DNA from: Kiritimatiella glycovorans
Lineage (GTDB): Bacteria > Verrucomicrobiota > Kiritimatiellia > Kiritimatiellales > Kiritimatiellaceae
Assembly (NCBI RefSeq): GCF_001017655.1
Contig: NZ_CP010904.1
Span: 990,001-1,022,000, forward strand
Direction: 5' to 3'
Length of the DNA stretch: 32,000 bases
Positions 1-8,200 of the stretch are shown here, piece by piece (the stretch's first letter is position 1; the number at the start of each line of letters is the position of its first letter). The position numbers and the translations under genes were made by a program. The notes beneath the pieces are model-generated. The model saw only the letters and a program-made list of their open reading frames with translations. It did no database searches and was not told where the DNA came from.

Positions 1-212
1 TCGCCCAGCCGGACCATCTGCGCCGGGGTCGAGGCCTCGCAGAGCACGCCGGGCATGACCTTGTTGACGCGGGTGTCGGTGCATTGCGCGGAGAGTACCG
101 TGGCGATCAGCAGTGAATAGGGATCGCGGAAATCGAGCGGCAGGCCGACCTCGGGAAACGCCTCGTCGAGCATCCGGCCCGCGATTATCGCGCGCTCCCG
201 CCGGGTGCTCAC
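1..212 (-). CDS. nth: Endonuclease III (Nth), N-terminal part; gene runs off the window start
   Basis: Absent from the ORF track because it is truncated by the window edge. The complement of 1-212 translates from GTG (210-212) as VSTRRERAIIAGRMLDEAFPEVGLPLDFRDPYSLLIATVLSAQCTDTRVNKVMPGVLCEASTPAQMVRLG. This is the conserved LLIATxLSAQCTDxxVN N-terminus of endonuclease III. GTGA start/stop overlap with the upstream methyltransferase. Confidence 0.85.
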   Translation of the reverse strand, partial: MSTRRERAIIAGRMLDEAFPEVGLPLDFRDPYSLLIATVLSAQCTDTRVNKVMPGVLCEASTPAQMVRLG

Positions 213-1036
213 CGCCACCCCGCAAGGTAGGCGATCCAGGCCTCCGCGTTCTCATAGCTCGTGCGCCGGCGCCACACCTCGTCCGATTCGCCGTCGTCGG
301 TCCAGCCGTGCAGGTAGGCTTCGCTCGACCGGAACCCCGCCTCGGCGAGCAGCTCGCGAACCTCCGGGATGGTCCAGAGGCGCCAGTCGTAATGGTGCGC
401 GCGCCGGATCGTACCCACGCCGGGGATGCGGAAGTGAATGTAGTTCCGGCACCGGTGCGTGATCACGTCGTAGAAATCCTGGTCCCAGACGTAGGTGAAC
501 GGGGGAACCCGGACGCCCTCCGGGGTGGTGAACCCGTCCACTGCGCGGGGTTCCTCCTTCTCTTTAACGGCCTCCGTGCCGCCGTAGAGGTCCAGAATCA
601 GGACCCCGCCGTCCTCGAGCCCCTCCCGGGCGGCGGCAAAGTATTCGCGCAGTTCGTCACGCGTGTAGAAGATGCAGAACGAGAAATTGAGCGCGAAGGT
701 AACCTGCACCGGCGGGATCCGCGCCGTCCGCACATCGCCTTCGATCAGCTCCAGCCGATCGGCTTCCGGACGCGACAGCCGCTCGACGTGGTGGCGCCGC
801 GACCAGTCCAGCGTGGGGCGGTGAAGGTCGACCCCCCACGCCCGGTTCGCGGGACGGCGGCGCACCCAGGTCGACGCCAGCAGCGCCGACCCGCAGAAGT
901 CCTCGCGAATCCGTTTGGGCCGTCGTCCGTGACGCCGACGGTAGATCCGGCCGGCGAAGTCCAGGTCGTTGTCGACCCCCTGTACCGAGGCCTCGTACAG
1001 GTAGGGCAGCGTTTCGTTCAGTTCGGATTTGCGCAT
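209..1036 (-). CDS. Class I SAM-dependent methyltransferase, substrate unknown
   Basis: 275-aa ORF. It has an EDFCGSALL...WGVDL motif-I-like segment, VLILDLYGG, and a YDWRLWTIPEVRELLAEAGF tail typical of a conserved methyltransferase family. The 344-aa plus-strand ORF opposite it is Arg/Pro-rich junk. Confidence 0.75.
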   Translation of the reverse strand: MRKSELNETLPYLYEASVQGVDNDLDFAGRIYRRRHGRRPKRIREDFCGSALLASTWVRRRPANRAWGVDLHRPTLDWSRRHHVERLSRPEADRLELIEGDVRTARIPPVQVTFALNFSFCIFYTRDELREYFAAAREGLEDGGVLILDLYGGTEAVKEKEEPRAVDGFTTPEGVRVPPFTYVWDQDFYDVITHRCRNYIHFRIPGVGTIRRAHHYDWRLWTIPEVRELLAEAGFRSSEAYLHGWTDDGESDEVWRRRTSYENAEAWIAYLAGWR

Positions 1037-1049
1037 GAGGGACTCCGAT

Positions 1050-1469
1050 TCAAGTTCGTTCGTCTTCAGGCGATGGATGGTGTTCGAGAAATTGTCTCGG
1101 GTTCAGCACGTGTACGCCGCAGCGCCGGGCCGGGGGATAGTGTTTGAGATTCCCGGTGATCAGCAGGGAGCCGGAGCAGGCGGCGACTTCCGGAAAGGGG
1201 CGGTCGCCCTCGTCAGGAAGGGTGGTCTGCAGCGGGGGAGCACTGTACGGCAGGGAGGATTCTATGAGGTCATGCAACAGAGCGTCCGTATGTCGCGGGT
1301 CGATTCTGAATCGCGGTCTTTTCAATACGTCCTCATATTCAGTCAGGATGCGGGCGTCGACCGACAGCACCAATGCTCCGTCCAGAACGAGCCGCACGAT
1401 ATCGCCGCATGGCCCACAAGGTGAGAGCAGACCCGAGACCAGCACATGGGTATCAGGGACGACGTTCAC
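1050..1469 (-). CDS. PIN-domain protein (PIN_3 / TIGR00305-like putative toxin component)
   Basis: From GTG at 1469 the product reads VNVVPDTHVLVSGLLSPCGPCGDIVRLVLDGALVLSVDARILTEYEDVLKRPRF...DEGDRPF...LLITGNLKHY. This matches the DTNVLvsall ... il.EyeeVL.Rp.f ... TGN.kHf pattern of that family. The track's 166-aa version would overlap the upstream gene, so I prefer the shorter start. Confidence 0.7.
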   Translation of the reverse strand: MNVVPDTHVLVSGLLSPCGPCGDIVRLVLDGALVLSVDARILTEYEDVLKRPRFRIDPRHTDALLHDLIESSLPYSAPPLQTTLPDEGDRPFPEVAACSGSLLITGNLKHYPPARRCGVHVLNPRQFLEHHPSPEDERT

Positions 1470-1524
1470 TCCGCACGCTTCCTCCTCTCTCTGCGCGCCG
1501 CATGAATTTCGGCATTGATTTCTT

Positions 1525-2733
1525 TCATCGTGATCCTTGTCCGGACTCATCGTCCATATGCGCCGGCGGAGGGGGAGGGGGGTGGCGGCGGCTGAGACCG
1601 AGCAGCAGGGCGCCGAAGCCGAACGCGGTTACGGCGATCCAGAGCGGGCCGGCGAAGGCGGGCAGGGCGGTGAGCAGGTAGAGCGCCAGCAGTCCCAGCG
1701 CGGCGGTGGCGAAGTCGCCGCCGCCGGCGCGGCGGTTCGTTCTCAGCAGCAGGCTGCCGATCACGAGGGCGACGACGACGCGTCCGAGGTAGGCCAGCCC
1801 TGCGGAGAAGCCCAGCAGTACCACGCCCAGCGGAGTGCCGATCAGGCTGATCAGGAGAAAGAAAATGACCACCGGGAGCAGGAGCATGGCGGCGGTCCCG
1901 GTCAGACCGCATCGCCAGGGATGCTGGCGGAACAGGGCCGCGGACGTGTGGGCATAACCCGGAAACAGGCGCATGAAGGGAAAGGCGACGATCAGGGCGG
2001 CGAGGCAGAAGAAGAGGCGGTTGAAGAGCGTGGCGTGCCAGGGGCGGTCCGCGGCCGCCCGCATTTCGGCCCGGCGCAGTTCGCCGTCGATGCGGACGCG
2101 TTCGTCCAGCCGGAGCCGGCGGGGAGAGGAGTATACGAGATCGCCGCGGATGTGCGTTCCCGGACGGACCCGGATTTCCGTGCCGCTCAGCCGCACGTCG
2201 CCGTCGAAATCGCCGTCCAGGGTGATCTCACGGGCCATGACTCGTGCGGAAGCAAAGGTGCCGCCCTTGACGATCACATGGGTACCTGCGCAGAAGAGAT
2301 CGCCGCCGATTTCCGTCTCCGGTTCAAACGCGATCGTCTGTCCCGTGAACAGCGCGTTGCCGCCGATGGTTCCCCGCACGGAGATGAGATTGCGCGCCGC
2401 GGCCCGGAGATCGTCCCGGAACACGCCGCCCGCCTCCACCGTCACGGCCGCCGCCCATACGTCGGAATCGAATGACCCCGGAAGCGTGATGTCCTCCGCG
2501 GCGGCGAGGAAGATATCCTCCTGCGCCGTGCCGCGCAGCTCCATGCGCTGCGCGCTCATCCAGGTCTCTTCGCGGAGTACGTCGCCGGGTCCCAGACGGA
2601 ACTCTTCCTCAGCCCGGAAATCCGCCGCTTCCGCCGCGATAGACGTGCATGCCCATGCCAGCACAAGGGCGGTCAACCGGGACCACGAACGGGAGAAGGG
2701 CTTCTCATACGCTGTCGGTCGTGTCATGTCCAT
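1525..2733 (-). CDS. Membrane protein: signal peptide, bactofilin-like (polymer-forming cytoskeletal) beta-helix repeats, C-terminal polytopic domain with a Pro-rich tail
   Basis: Start taken at MDMTRP, ahead of the signal-like LTALVLAWACTSIAAEA. Repeated G-x-I/V-x-GD/GN segments are present (GTIGGNALFTGQTI, EIGGDLFCAGTHVIVKGG, LDGDFDGDVRLSG, HIRGDLVY). About 5 hydrophobic helices follow, then PPPPPPAH. The functional call is tentative. Confidence 0.55.
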   Translation of the reverse strand: MDMTRPTAYEKPFSRSWSRLTALVLAWACTSIAAEAADFRAEEEFRLGPGDVLREETWMSAQRMELRGTAQEDIFLAAAEDITLPGSFDSDVWAAAVTVEAGGVFRDDLRAAARNLISVRGTIGGNALFTGQTIAFEPETEIGGDLFCAGTHVIVKGGTFASARVMAREITLDGDFDGDVRLSGTEIRVRPGTHIRGDLVYSSPRRLRLDERVRIDGELRRAEMRAAADRPWHATLFNRLFFCLAALIVAFPFMRLFPGYAHTSAALFRQHPWRCGLTGTAAMLLLPVVIFFLLISLIGTPLGVVLLGFSAGLAYLGRVVVALVIGSLLLRTNRRAGGGDFATAALGLLALYLLTALPAFAGPLWIAVTAFGFGALLLGLSRRHPPPPPPAHMDDESGQGSR

Positions 2734-2842
2734 CCGGCCATAATCCGAGCCATGCCCGAACGGGGCAAGGACAATTTTATGGGGTTCAGAGCGCAGCAAA
2801 AATGATCTGGCCGTCTCCCCACCCTGCGGCTAGACTGAGAGC

Positions 2843-3562
2843 GTGGATTTAACGGGACAGCGGGCGCTGGTTACCGGCGGCGCGAAGCGCATCGGGCGCG
2901 GGATCGCGGAGGCTCTGGCCGGGGCCGGGGCGGAGGTCGCCGTTCAGTACCGGCATTCCGCGGACGAGGCGGCGGCGTTCTGCGAGGCGTGGCGCGTACG
3001 GGGGGTGAAGGCGGTCGCGCTGCAGGCGGATTTCAGCGACGGGCGGGCCGGCGATCTGCTCGAGCGCGCGGCCGGCGAGCTCGGCGGCCTGGATCTGCTG
3101 ATCAACAATGCCTCGGTCTTTCCGCGCGGAGGGTTTCCCGGTCTGGGCGCGGAACAGCTCGAGCGCGTCTTCCGCCCCAATGCGTATGCTCCTCTGGAAC
3201 TGATGCAGGGGTACGCGGCCCGCTTTGGAACGGGGAGCATCATCAATCTGCTCGACCGGCGCGTCCGCGCCCACGACACGACCTGCGTCGCGTATGCCCT
3301 GACGAAAAAGACGCTGGAGGAGGCCACGGCGCTCGCGGCGCTGGCCTTCGCGCCGGACGTGAGGGTCAATGCCGTGGCGCCGGGGCCGGTGCTCGCCCCG
3401 TCGTCCGGCGGGGCGGAGCCGGGGGGCGCGACCCCGCTGAGACGTCGTCCTGAGATCGCGGACATAGCGGACGCAGTGTTGTATCTGGCCGGGGCGAGGG
3501 CCGTGACCGGCCAGACCCTTTTCGTCGACGGCGGTCAGCATCTGCTGGGAAACGGAGTGTGA
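2843..3562 (+). CDS. Short-chain dehydrogenase/reductase, probably pteridine/dihydromonapterin reductase-like (FolM type)
   Basis: GTG start. Contains the ALVTGGAKRIGRGIA Rossmann motif, NNAS, YALTKKTLE (YxxxK) and a VNAVAPGPV segment. Its stop overlaps the folB start (GTGTGA). The pteridine reductase assignment rests on the folB linkage. Confidence 0.7.
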   Translation: MDLTGQRALVTGGAKRIGRGIAEALAGAGAEVAVQYRHSADEAAAFCEAWRVRGVKAVALQADFSDGRAGDLLERAAGELGGLDLLINNASVFPRGGFPGLGAEQLERVFRPNAYAPLELMQGYAARFGTGSIINLLDRRVRAHDTTCVAYALTKKTLEEATALAALAFAPDVRVNAVAPGPVLAPSSGGAEPGGATPLRRRPEIADIADAVLYLAGARAVTGQTLFVDGGQHLLGNGV

Positions 3563-3927
3563 GCATGGACCGGATCGTGATTCGGAATCTGAGGCTGCGC
3601 TGCATCATCGGCATCTATCCCGAGGAGCGCACCCACAGGCAGGATGTGGTCTTCACCATAAGCCTGGAGGCGGATCTCCGCGAGGCGGGGGCGACCGACC
3701 GCATGGAAGACACCGTCAATTATCGGACGCTCAAGAAGAAGATCGTCGAGGAAGTGGAAGCGAGCAGCTTCAACCTGATCGAACGACTCGCCCGGCACGT
3801 GGCCGATCTCTGTCTCGAGGACGAACGCGTCCGGCGTGTGACGGTATCGCTCGACAAACCCGGAGCCCTCCGCTTCGCGGACAGCGTCGCCGTCGAGATC
3901 ACGCGGGAACAGGGCGGGGCTGAATAA
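3559..3927 (+). CDS. folB: Dihydroneopterin aldolase
   Basis: Product reads MSMDRIVIRNLRLRCIIGIYPEERTHRQDVVFTISLEADL...DTVNYRTLKKKIVEEVEASSFNLIERLA...VTVSLDKPGAL, the classic FolB pattern. An ATG at 3565 is an alternative start. Confidence 0.85.
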   Translation: MSMDRIVIRNLRLRCIIGIYPEERTHRQDVVFTISLEADLREAGATDRMEDTVNYRTLKKKIVEEVEASSFNLIERLARHVADLCLEDERVRRVTVSLDKPGALRFADSVAVEITREQGGAE

Positions 3928-3973
3928 GAGTCAGAGTTAGAGTTAGAGTCAGAGTTAGAGTAAGAGTTAAGAG
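3925..3973. repeat. Hexanucleotide tandem repeat (TNAGAG)x7-8, starting on the folB stop codon
   Basis: Read directly as TAAGAG TCAGAG TTAGAG TTAGAG TCAGAG TTAGAG TAAGAG TTAAGAG. Confidence 0.9.
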
Positions 3974-4084
3974 GGAGGGGCCTGAAACCTGAGTAAGGCG
4001 GGTCCCGGTATTGAGAGTGGCGGCGGAGACGGTTAGGATGAGCGCGTCAGTTCGGAACAGGTCCAATCTCAGCAAGGAGCACGG

Positions 4085-4612
4085 ATGAGCTACTATTTTG
4101 TTGTCGTCGCGGATGGGTCACGAGCCCGTTTTTTTGAACTGCAGTCCACCGACATGCCGGAGCTGGAATCCGGACCTACGCTCGTCGAACAGACCTCGAT
4201 CTCCAACCCTGAAACCGGGAAATCCGAGGGCGAGGTGTTTGCCGACACCCGGTCCGGAAGCAACCGCGTAAGCTCCGCGGCCAATCCTCATGCTTACGAC
4301 GACCACCGGGAGCGTCACATGGAGGAGTTCGAGCGCCGTTTTGCGCGGGAGGTGGGGAAAGAGGCCGTCTCCCGGGCCGGGAAGCTGGACACCCGCTGCC
4401 TCGTGCTGGTGGCTGACCCGCGGATGCTGCATTACCTTCAGGGCGAAGTGTCATCCTTCAAAAACGGGAAGCGCGATCTGGTCGAATACGCGCGGGATCT
4501 GACCAAACTCGCGCCCGACGAGATTCATCGTCACCTCGCGAAAGATGGGCTGATCCCGGAAAAGAAACGCCCCCGCGGCGGGCCGTCCAATGTCCCGCCC
4601 GGTCGGTGGTAG
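4085..4612 (+). CDS. Host-attachment-protein family protein (Pfam Host_attach-like)
   Basis: AAGGAG lies 5 nt upstream of the ATG. The pattern VVVADGSRARFFEL ... DTRSG ... HAYDDHRERHMEEFERRFAREV ... LVLVADPRMLHYLQGE ... ARDLTKLAPDEIHRHL matches, from memory, the VADG.kARi / DrpGR / H..e..Fa..va / LvlvApp..LG.LR / KDLT signature of that family. Confidence 0.65.
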   Translation: MSYYFVVVADGSRARFFELQSTDMPELESGPTLVEQTSISNPETGKSEGEVFADTRSGSNRVSSAANPHAYDDHRERHMEEFERRFAREVGKEAVSRAGKLDTRCLVLVADPRMLHYLQGEVSSFKNGKRDLVEYARDLTKLAPDEIHRHLAKDGLIPEKKRPRGGPSNVPPGRW

Positions 4613-4677
4613 CGCGCGGCGCAGATGGGGGGCGGTTCTGACGCGTGCGGCCGCGCCCGGTCCCGGCATCCTCTCTT
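4596..4677 (+). repeat. 82-bp direct repeat, copy 1; includes the last 17 nt and stop codon of the host-attachment gene
   Basis: CGCCCGGTCGGTGGTAGCGCGCGGCGCAGATGGGGGGCGGTTCTGACGCGTGCGGCCGCGCCCGGTCCCGGCATCCTCTCTT. Matches 5058-5139 at 81 of 82 positions by hand alignment. Confidence 0.9.
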
Positions 4678-4835
4678 CCCGGCTTCAACATGGCCCGAAA
4701 ACGCGATCGCCTCCCCCGGTGAACATTGAAGTGAGTTTTGAATCAGGGTGTCCCGGCGGGAAAAAAGGTTCTTCGTGGATTTTTGTGGAGCTACTGAAAT
4801 CGTAGCGGCTGGATTAGAAATCCGCTTACGTTACC

Positions 4836-4951
4836 ACGTACGCGTACTCGTACTCAGCGAAGCGGTACTCGTACTCGAGTTTCTTAAACCGGGGGAGTGG
4901 GATCGCGCCTTCGGCGCTCCGAGTACGCGTACGAGTACGAGTAAGAGTACG
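4836..4951 (+). repeat. Nested-hairpin repeat element, module 1, copy A (GTACTC left arm, GAGTAC right arm, conserved centre)
   Basis: 4847-4943 aligns with 24982-25078, with about 6 substitutions and 2 single-nt indels. The arms are mutually complementary hexamer arrays. The centre is GGGATCGCGCCTTCGGCGCTCC. Confidence 0.85.
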
Positions 4952-4957
4952 AAAACG

Positions 4958-4998
4958 GCGGACAGCCTTCTGCTGTCCAGCAGAATCCCTGCCCTCAC
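4958..4998 (+). repeat. 41-nt repeat module 2, copy A (contains CTGCTG-TC-CAGCAG palindrome)
   Basis: GCGGACAGCCTTCTGCTGTCCAGCAGAATCCCTGCCCTCAC equals the reverse complement of 25121-25161 at 39 of 41 positions. Confidence 0.85.
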
Positions 4999-5057
4999 GC
5001 ACGGGTTCGGCGCTCCGAGTGCGATATTCCCCCGGGTGTCCCCATGTGGAACACAGG

Positions 5058-5139
5058 CGCCCGGGCGGTGGTAGCGCGCGGCGCAGATGGGGGGCGGTTC
5101 TGACGCGTGCGGCCGCGCCCGGTCCCGGCATCCTCTCTT
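5058..5139 (+). repeat. 82-bp direct repeat, copy 2; ends 61 nt upstream of the ileS start
   Basis: Identical to 4596-4677 except for one T/G difference at the eighth position. Confidence 0.9.
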
Positions 5140-5200
5140 GTCTTTGCGGGCCGGATTAACTAACGTCCTCCTTTTTCACGATAAGCCTGCGGGAGGGCGC

Positions 5201-8200
5201 GTGTTCGAACCCGTTTCAAGTAAAGTCGATTTTCCGTCGCTGGAAGAGTCGGTGCTCGCGTATTGGGATGAGCGGGACATCTTCCGGCGCTCGCTGCAGA
5301 ACCGCCGCGGTGCCGGGGAGTTCGTCTTCTATGACGGACCGCCGTTCGCCACGGGGCTGCCGCACTACGGCCACTTACTGGCCGGCACCATCAAGGACAT
5401 CGTGCCGCGTTACCAGACGATGCGCGGTCGTTACGTCGAGCGGCGTTTCGGGTGGGACTGTCACGGTCTGCCGATCGAGGCGCTCGCCCAGGAGGCGCTG
5501 GAACTGGCCGGTGCGGCGGGTATCCGCGAAAAGGGGATCGATGTCTTCAACGAGCAGTGCCGTTCGATGGTGCTGCGTTACGTCGGGGAGTGGGAGCGGA
5601 CCGTCAGGCGACTCGGGCGGTGGGTCGATTTCGAGCGCGATTACAAGACCATGGACCGTTCGTTCATGGAGACGATCTGGTGGGTCTTCCGGCAGCTCTG
5701 GGATCAGGGCCGGATCTACCGCGCACACCGGATCATGCCCTACAGCTGGAAGCTGAACACGCCCCTGTCCAATTTCGAGGCCGGCCGCAACTACCAGGAC
5801 GTTCAGGACCCCGCGATTACCGTCCGCGTGCGGCTTCACGGCGGCGGTGAACTGGAGGGGGCCTGGGCGCTGCTGTGGACGACGACCCCGTGGACGCTGC
5901 CCGGGAATCTGGCGGTGTGTGCCGGGCCGGAGATCGAATACGCGCTGGTGCGTGATGCGGAAACCCATGACCGCTATCTTCTGGCCGTCTCGCGGATCGA
6001 GGCCTACTACCCGGAGGGCGAAGGCTACGAGATCCTGGGGCGGAGGTCCGGCCGTGAGCTGGAGGGGCTGACCTACGAGCCGCTGTTCGACTATTTCGCG
6101 GACCATCCCGGTGCGTTCCGCGTGCTGACCGACGAGTTCGTCACGACGGGGGAGGGCACCGGCCTCGTGCATATGGCCCCGGCCTACGGGGAGGACGACT
6201 ACCGGATCTGCCGCAAAGCGGGGATCGATCTGGTCGATCCGCTGGACGCCGACTGTCGCTTTACCGCGGAGGTTCCGGAATACGAGGGCGAGTTCTGCAA
6301 GGACGCCGACAAGGAGATTATCCGCGCGCTGCGTCATGCCGGGAAACTCGTCCACCGCAGCACCATCCAGCACAGCTATCCCTTCTGCGAGCGCACCGAC
6401 ACGCCGCTGATCTACCGCGCGATCGAGGCCTGGTACGTGCGCGTGGAGGACCTGCGCGACCGGATGATCGCGCACAACGAAACGGTGCACTGGATGCCCG
6501 GATATGTGGGCGGGAAGCGCTTCGCCAACTGGCTCGCCGAAGCGCGCGACTGGAACATCAGCCGCAACCGCTTCTGGGGGTCCTGTATTCCCGTGTGGAT
6601 CGCCGAAGACGGTGACACGATCTGCGTGGGCTCGGTCGAGGAACTCGAATCCCTCTCCGGGCAGAAGGTCGAAGACCTCCACAAACATGTGCTCGACGAA
6701 ATCACCCTTGAACGCGACGGCAAAGTCTACCGCCGCACGCCCGAAGTCCTCGACTGCTGGTTCGAGAGCGGATCGATGCCCTACGCGCAGTGCCACTATC
6801 CCTTCGAAGAGCGTGAGCGGTTCGAGCACAATTTCCCCGCCGACTTCATCGCCGAAGGGCTGGACCAGACCCGCGGCTGGTTCTACACGCTGACCGTCCT
6901 CTCCACCGCGCTCTTCGACCGCCCGGCCTTCCGCAACGTCGTCGTCAACGGACTCGTCCTCGCCGAGGACGGGCGCAAGATGAGCAAGCGGCTCAAGAAC
7001 TATCCCGACCCGAAACATATTTTCGACACCTACGGGGCCGATGCGCTGCGCCTCTATATGATCCATTCCCCGGTGGTCAAGGCCGAGTCCCTGCGCTTTT
7101 CCGAGGAAGGCGTGAAACACGTTCTGCGCCATTTCCTCATACCCTGGTGGAACGCCTACAGTTTCTTCGTCACCTACGCCAATATCGACGGATGGACGCC
7201 GGCGCAGGCTTCGAGGGAGCGAAACAACCTGATGGACCGCTGGGTGCGCAGCGCGCAGGCCCGGCTCATGCAGGACGTCACTGCCGCGATGGACGACTAC
7301 GACCTCCAGCGGGCCGTGCGCCCCTTTGTGCATTTCATCGAGGACCTCACCAACTGGTACATCCGCCGCTCGCGCAGGCGCTTCTGGAAATCGGCCGACG
7401 ACGCGGACAAGAAGGAGGCCTACGCGGCGCTCTACGATGTGCTGCTCGACCTGTGCAGGATCGCCGCTCCGTTCGTGCCCTTCATCAGCGAGGCGATCTA
7501 CCGCAACCTGCGCACGGAGGATAGGCCCGAATCGGTGCATCTCTGCGATTTCCCCACCGCGGAACACCTTGCAAGGGACGAGCAGCTCGAAGCGCGCATG
7601 GAGGCGGTCATGAAGGCGGTCGGCATGGGGCGGCTGCTGAGGTCCGAGTATCAGGTCAAGACGCGGCAGCCGCTGCGTCGGCTGCATGTGGTCAGCGAGG
7701 ATGCGGCACTGCTGGAGAGGATGGCCGCCCTGGAATCGATTATCGCGGATGAACTCAACGTTCATGAAGTCCGCTTCGCGTCCGACTCGAGCGAGCTGGC
7801 CCGGATGCGGGTGAAGCCCAATTTCAAAAAGCTCGGCCCGGAACTGGGACCGAAGATGAAGGCCGCGGCGGCCGCGATCGGGGAACTTTCGGCGGAGGAT
7901 GCCCGGCGGCTGAATGAAGGCGGCGAGGTGGGGATCGAGCTCGACGGCGAGGAGCGCATGCTGGACGCCGACGACGTGGAGATCGAACTGATCCCCAGGG
8001 AGGGACTCGCCGTCAGCGCCGAAGGTCCGCTGCTCGTGGCGCTGGATACGACGCTCGATGACGAGCTGGTGCGGGAGGGCCTGGCGCGGGAATTCGTCCA
8101 TAAAATCCAGTTCATGCGTAAGGAACTCGATCTCGACGTCGTGCAGCGCATTGCCGTGGCCTACCGTGCCGACGACGACGTCGAAACCGCCGTCCGGGAA

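Noticed and set aside
4748-5131. ORFs 4748-5074 (+) and 4826-5131 (-), plus 24778-25200, 24812-25180, 24826-25104 and 25097-25483 at the second locus
   Set aside because: They are read-throughs of the repeat modules, giving YEYEYRFAEYEY, STRTSTSKST and VLVLSEAVLVLEF translations. The similarity between the two loci is at the nucleotide level and spans frames and strands.
5087-5200. N-terminal extension of ileS in the ORF track (MGGGSDACGRARSRHPLL...)
   Set aside because: The extension lies inside copy 2 of the 82-bp repeat and has no IleRS similarity. GTG 5201, preceded by GGGAGGG, gives a canonical N-terminus.
4613-5200. T-box, attenuator or other known leader for ileS, and a tRNA-like hairpin at 4803-4827 (GCGG-CT-GGATT-AGA-AATCC-GC)
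   Set aside because: I could not find a T-box consensus, specifier-loop geometry or T-loop sequence. The hairpin has a 3-nt loop and no cloverleaf context.
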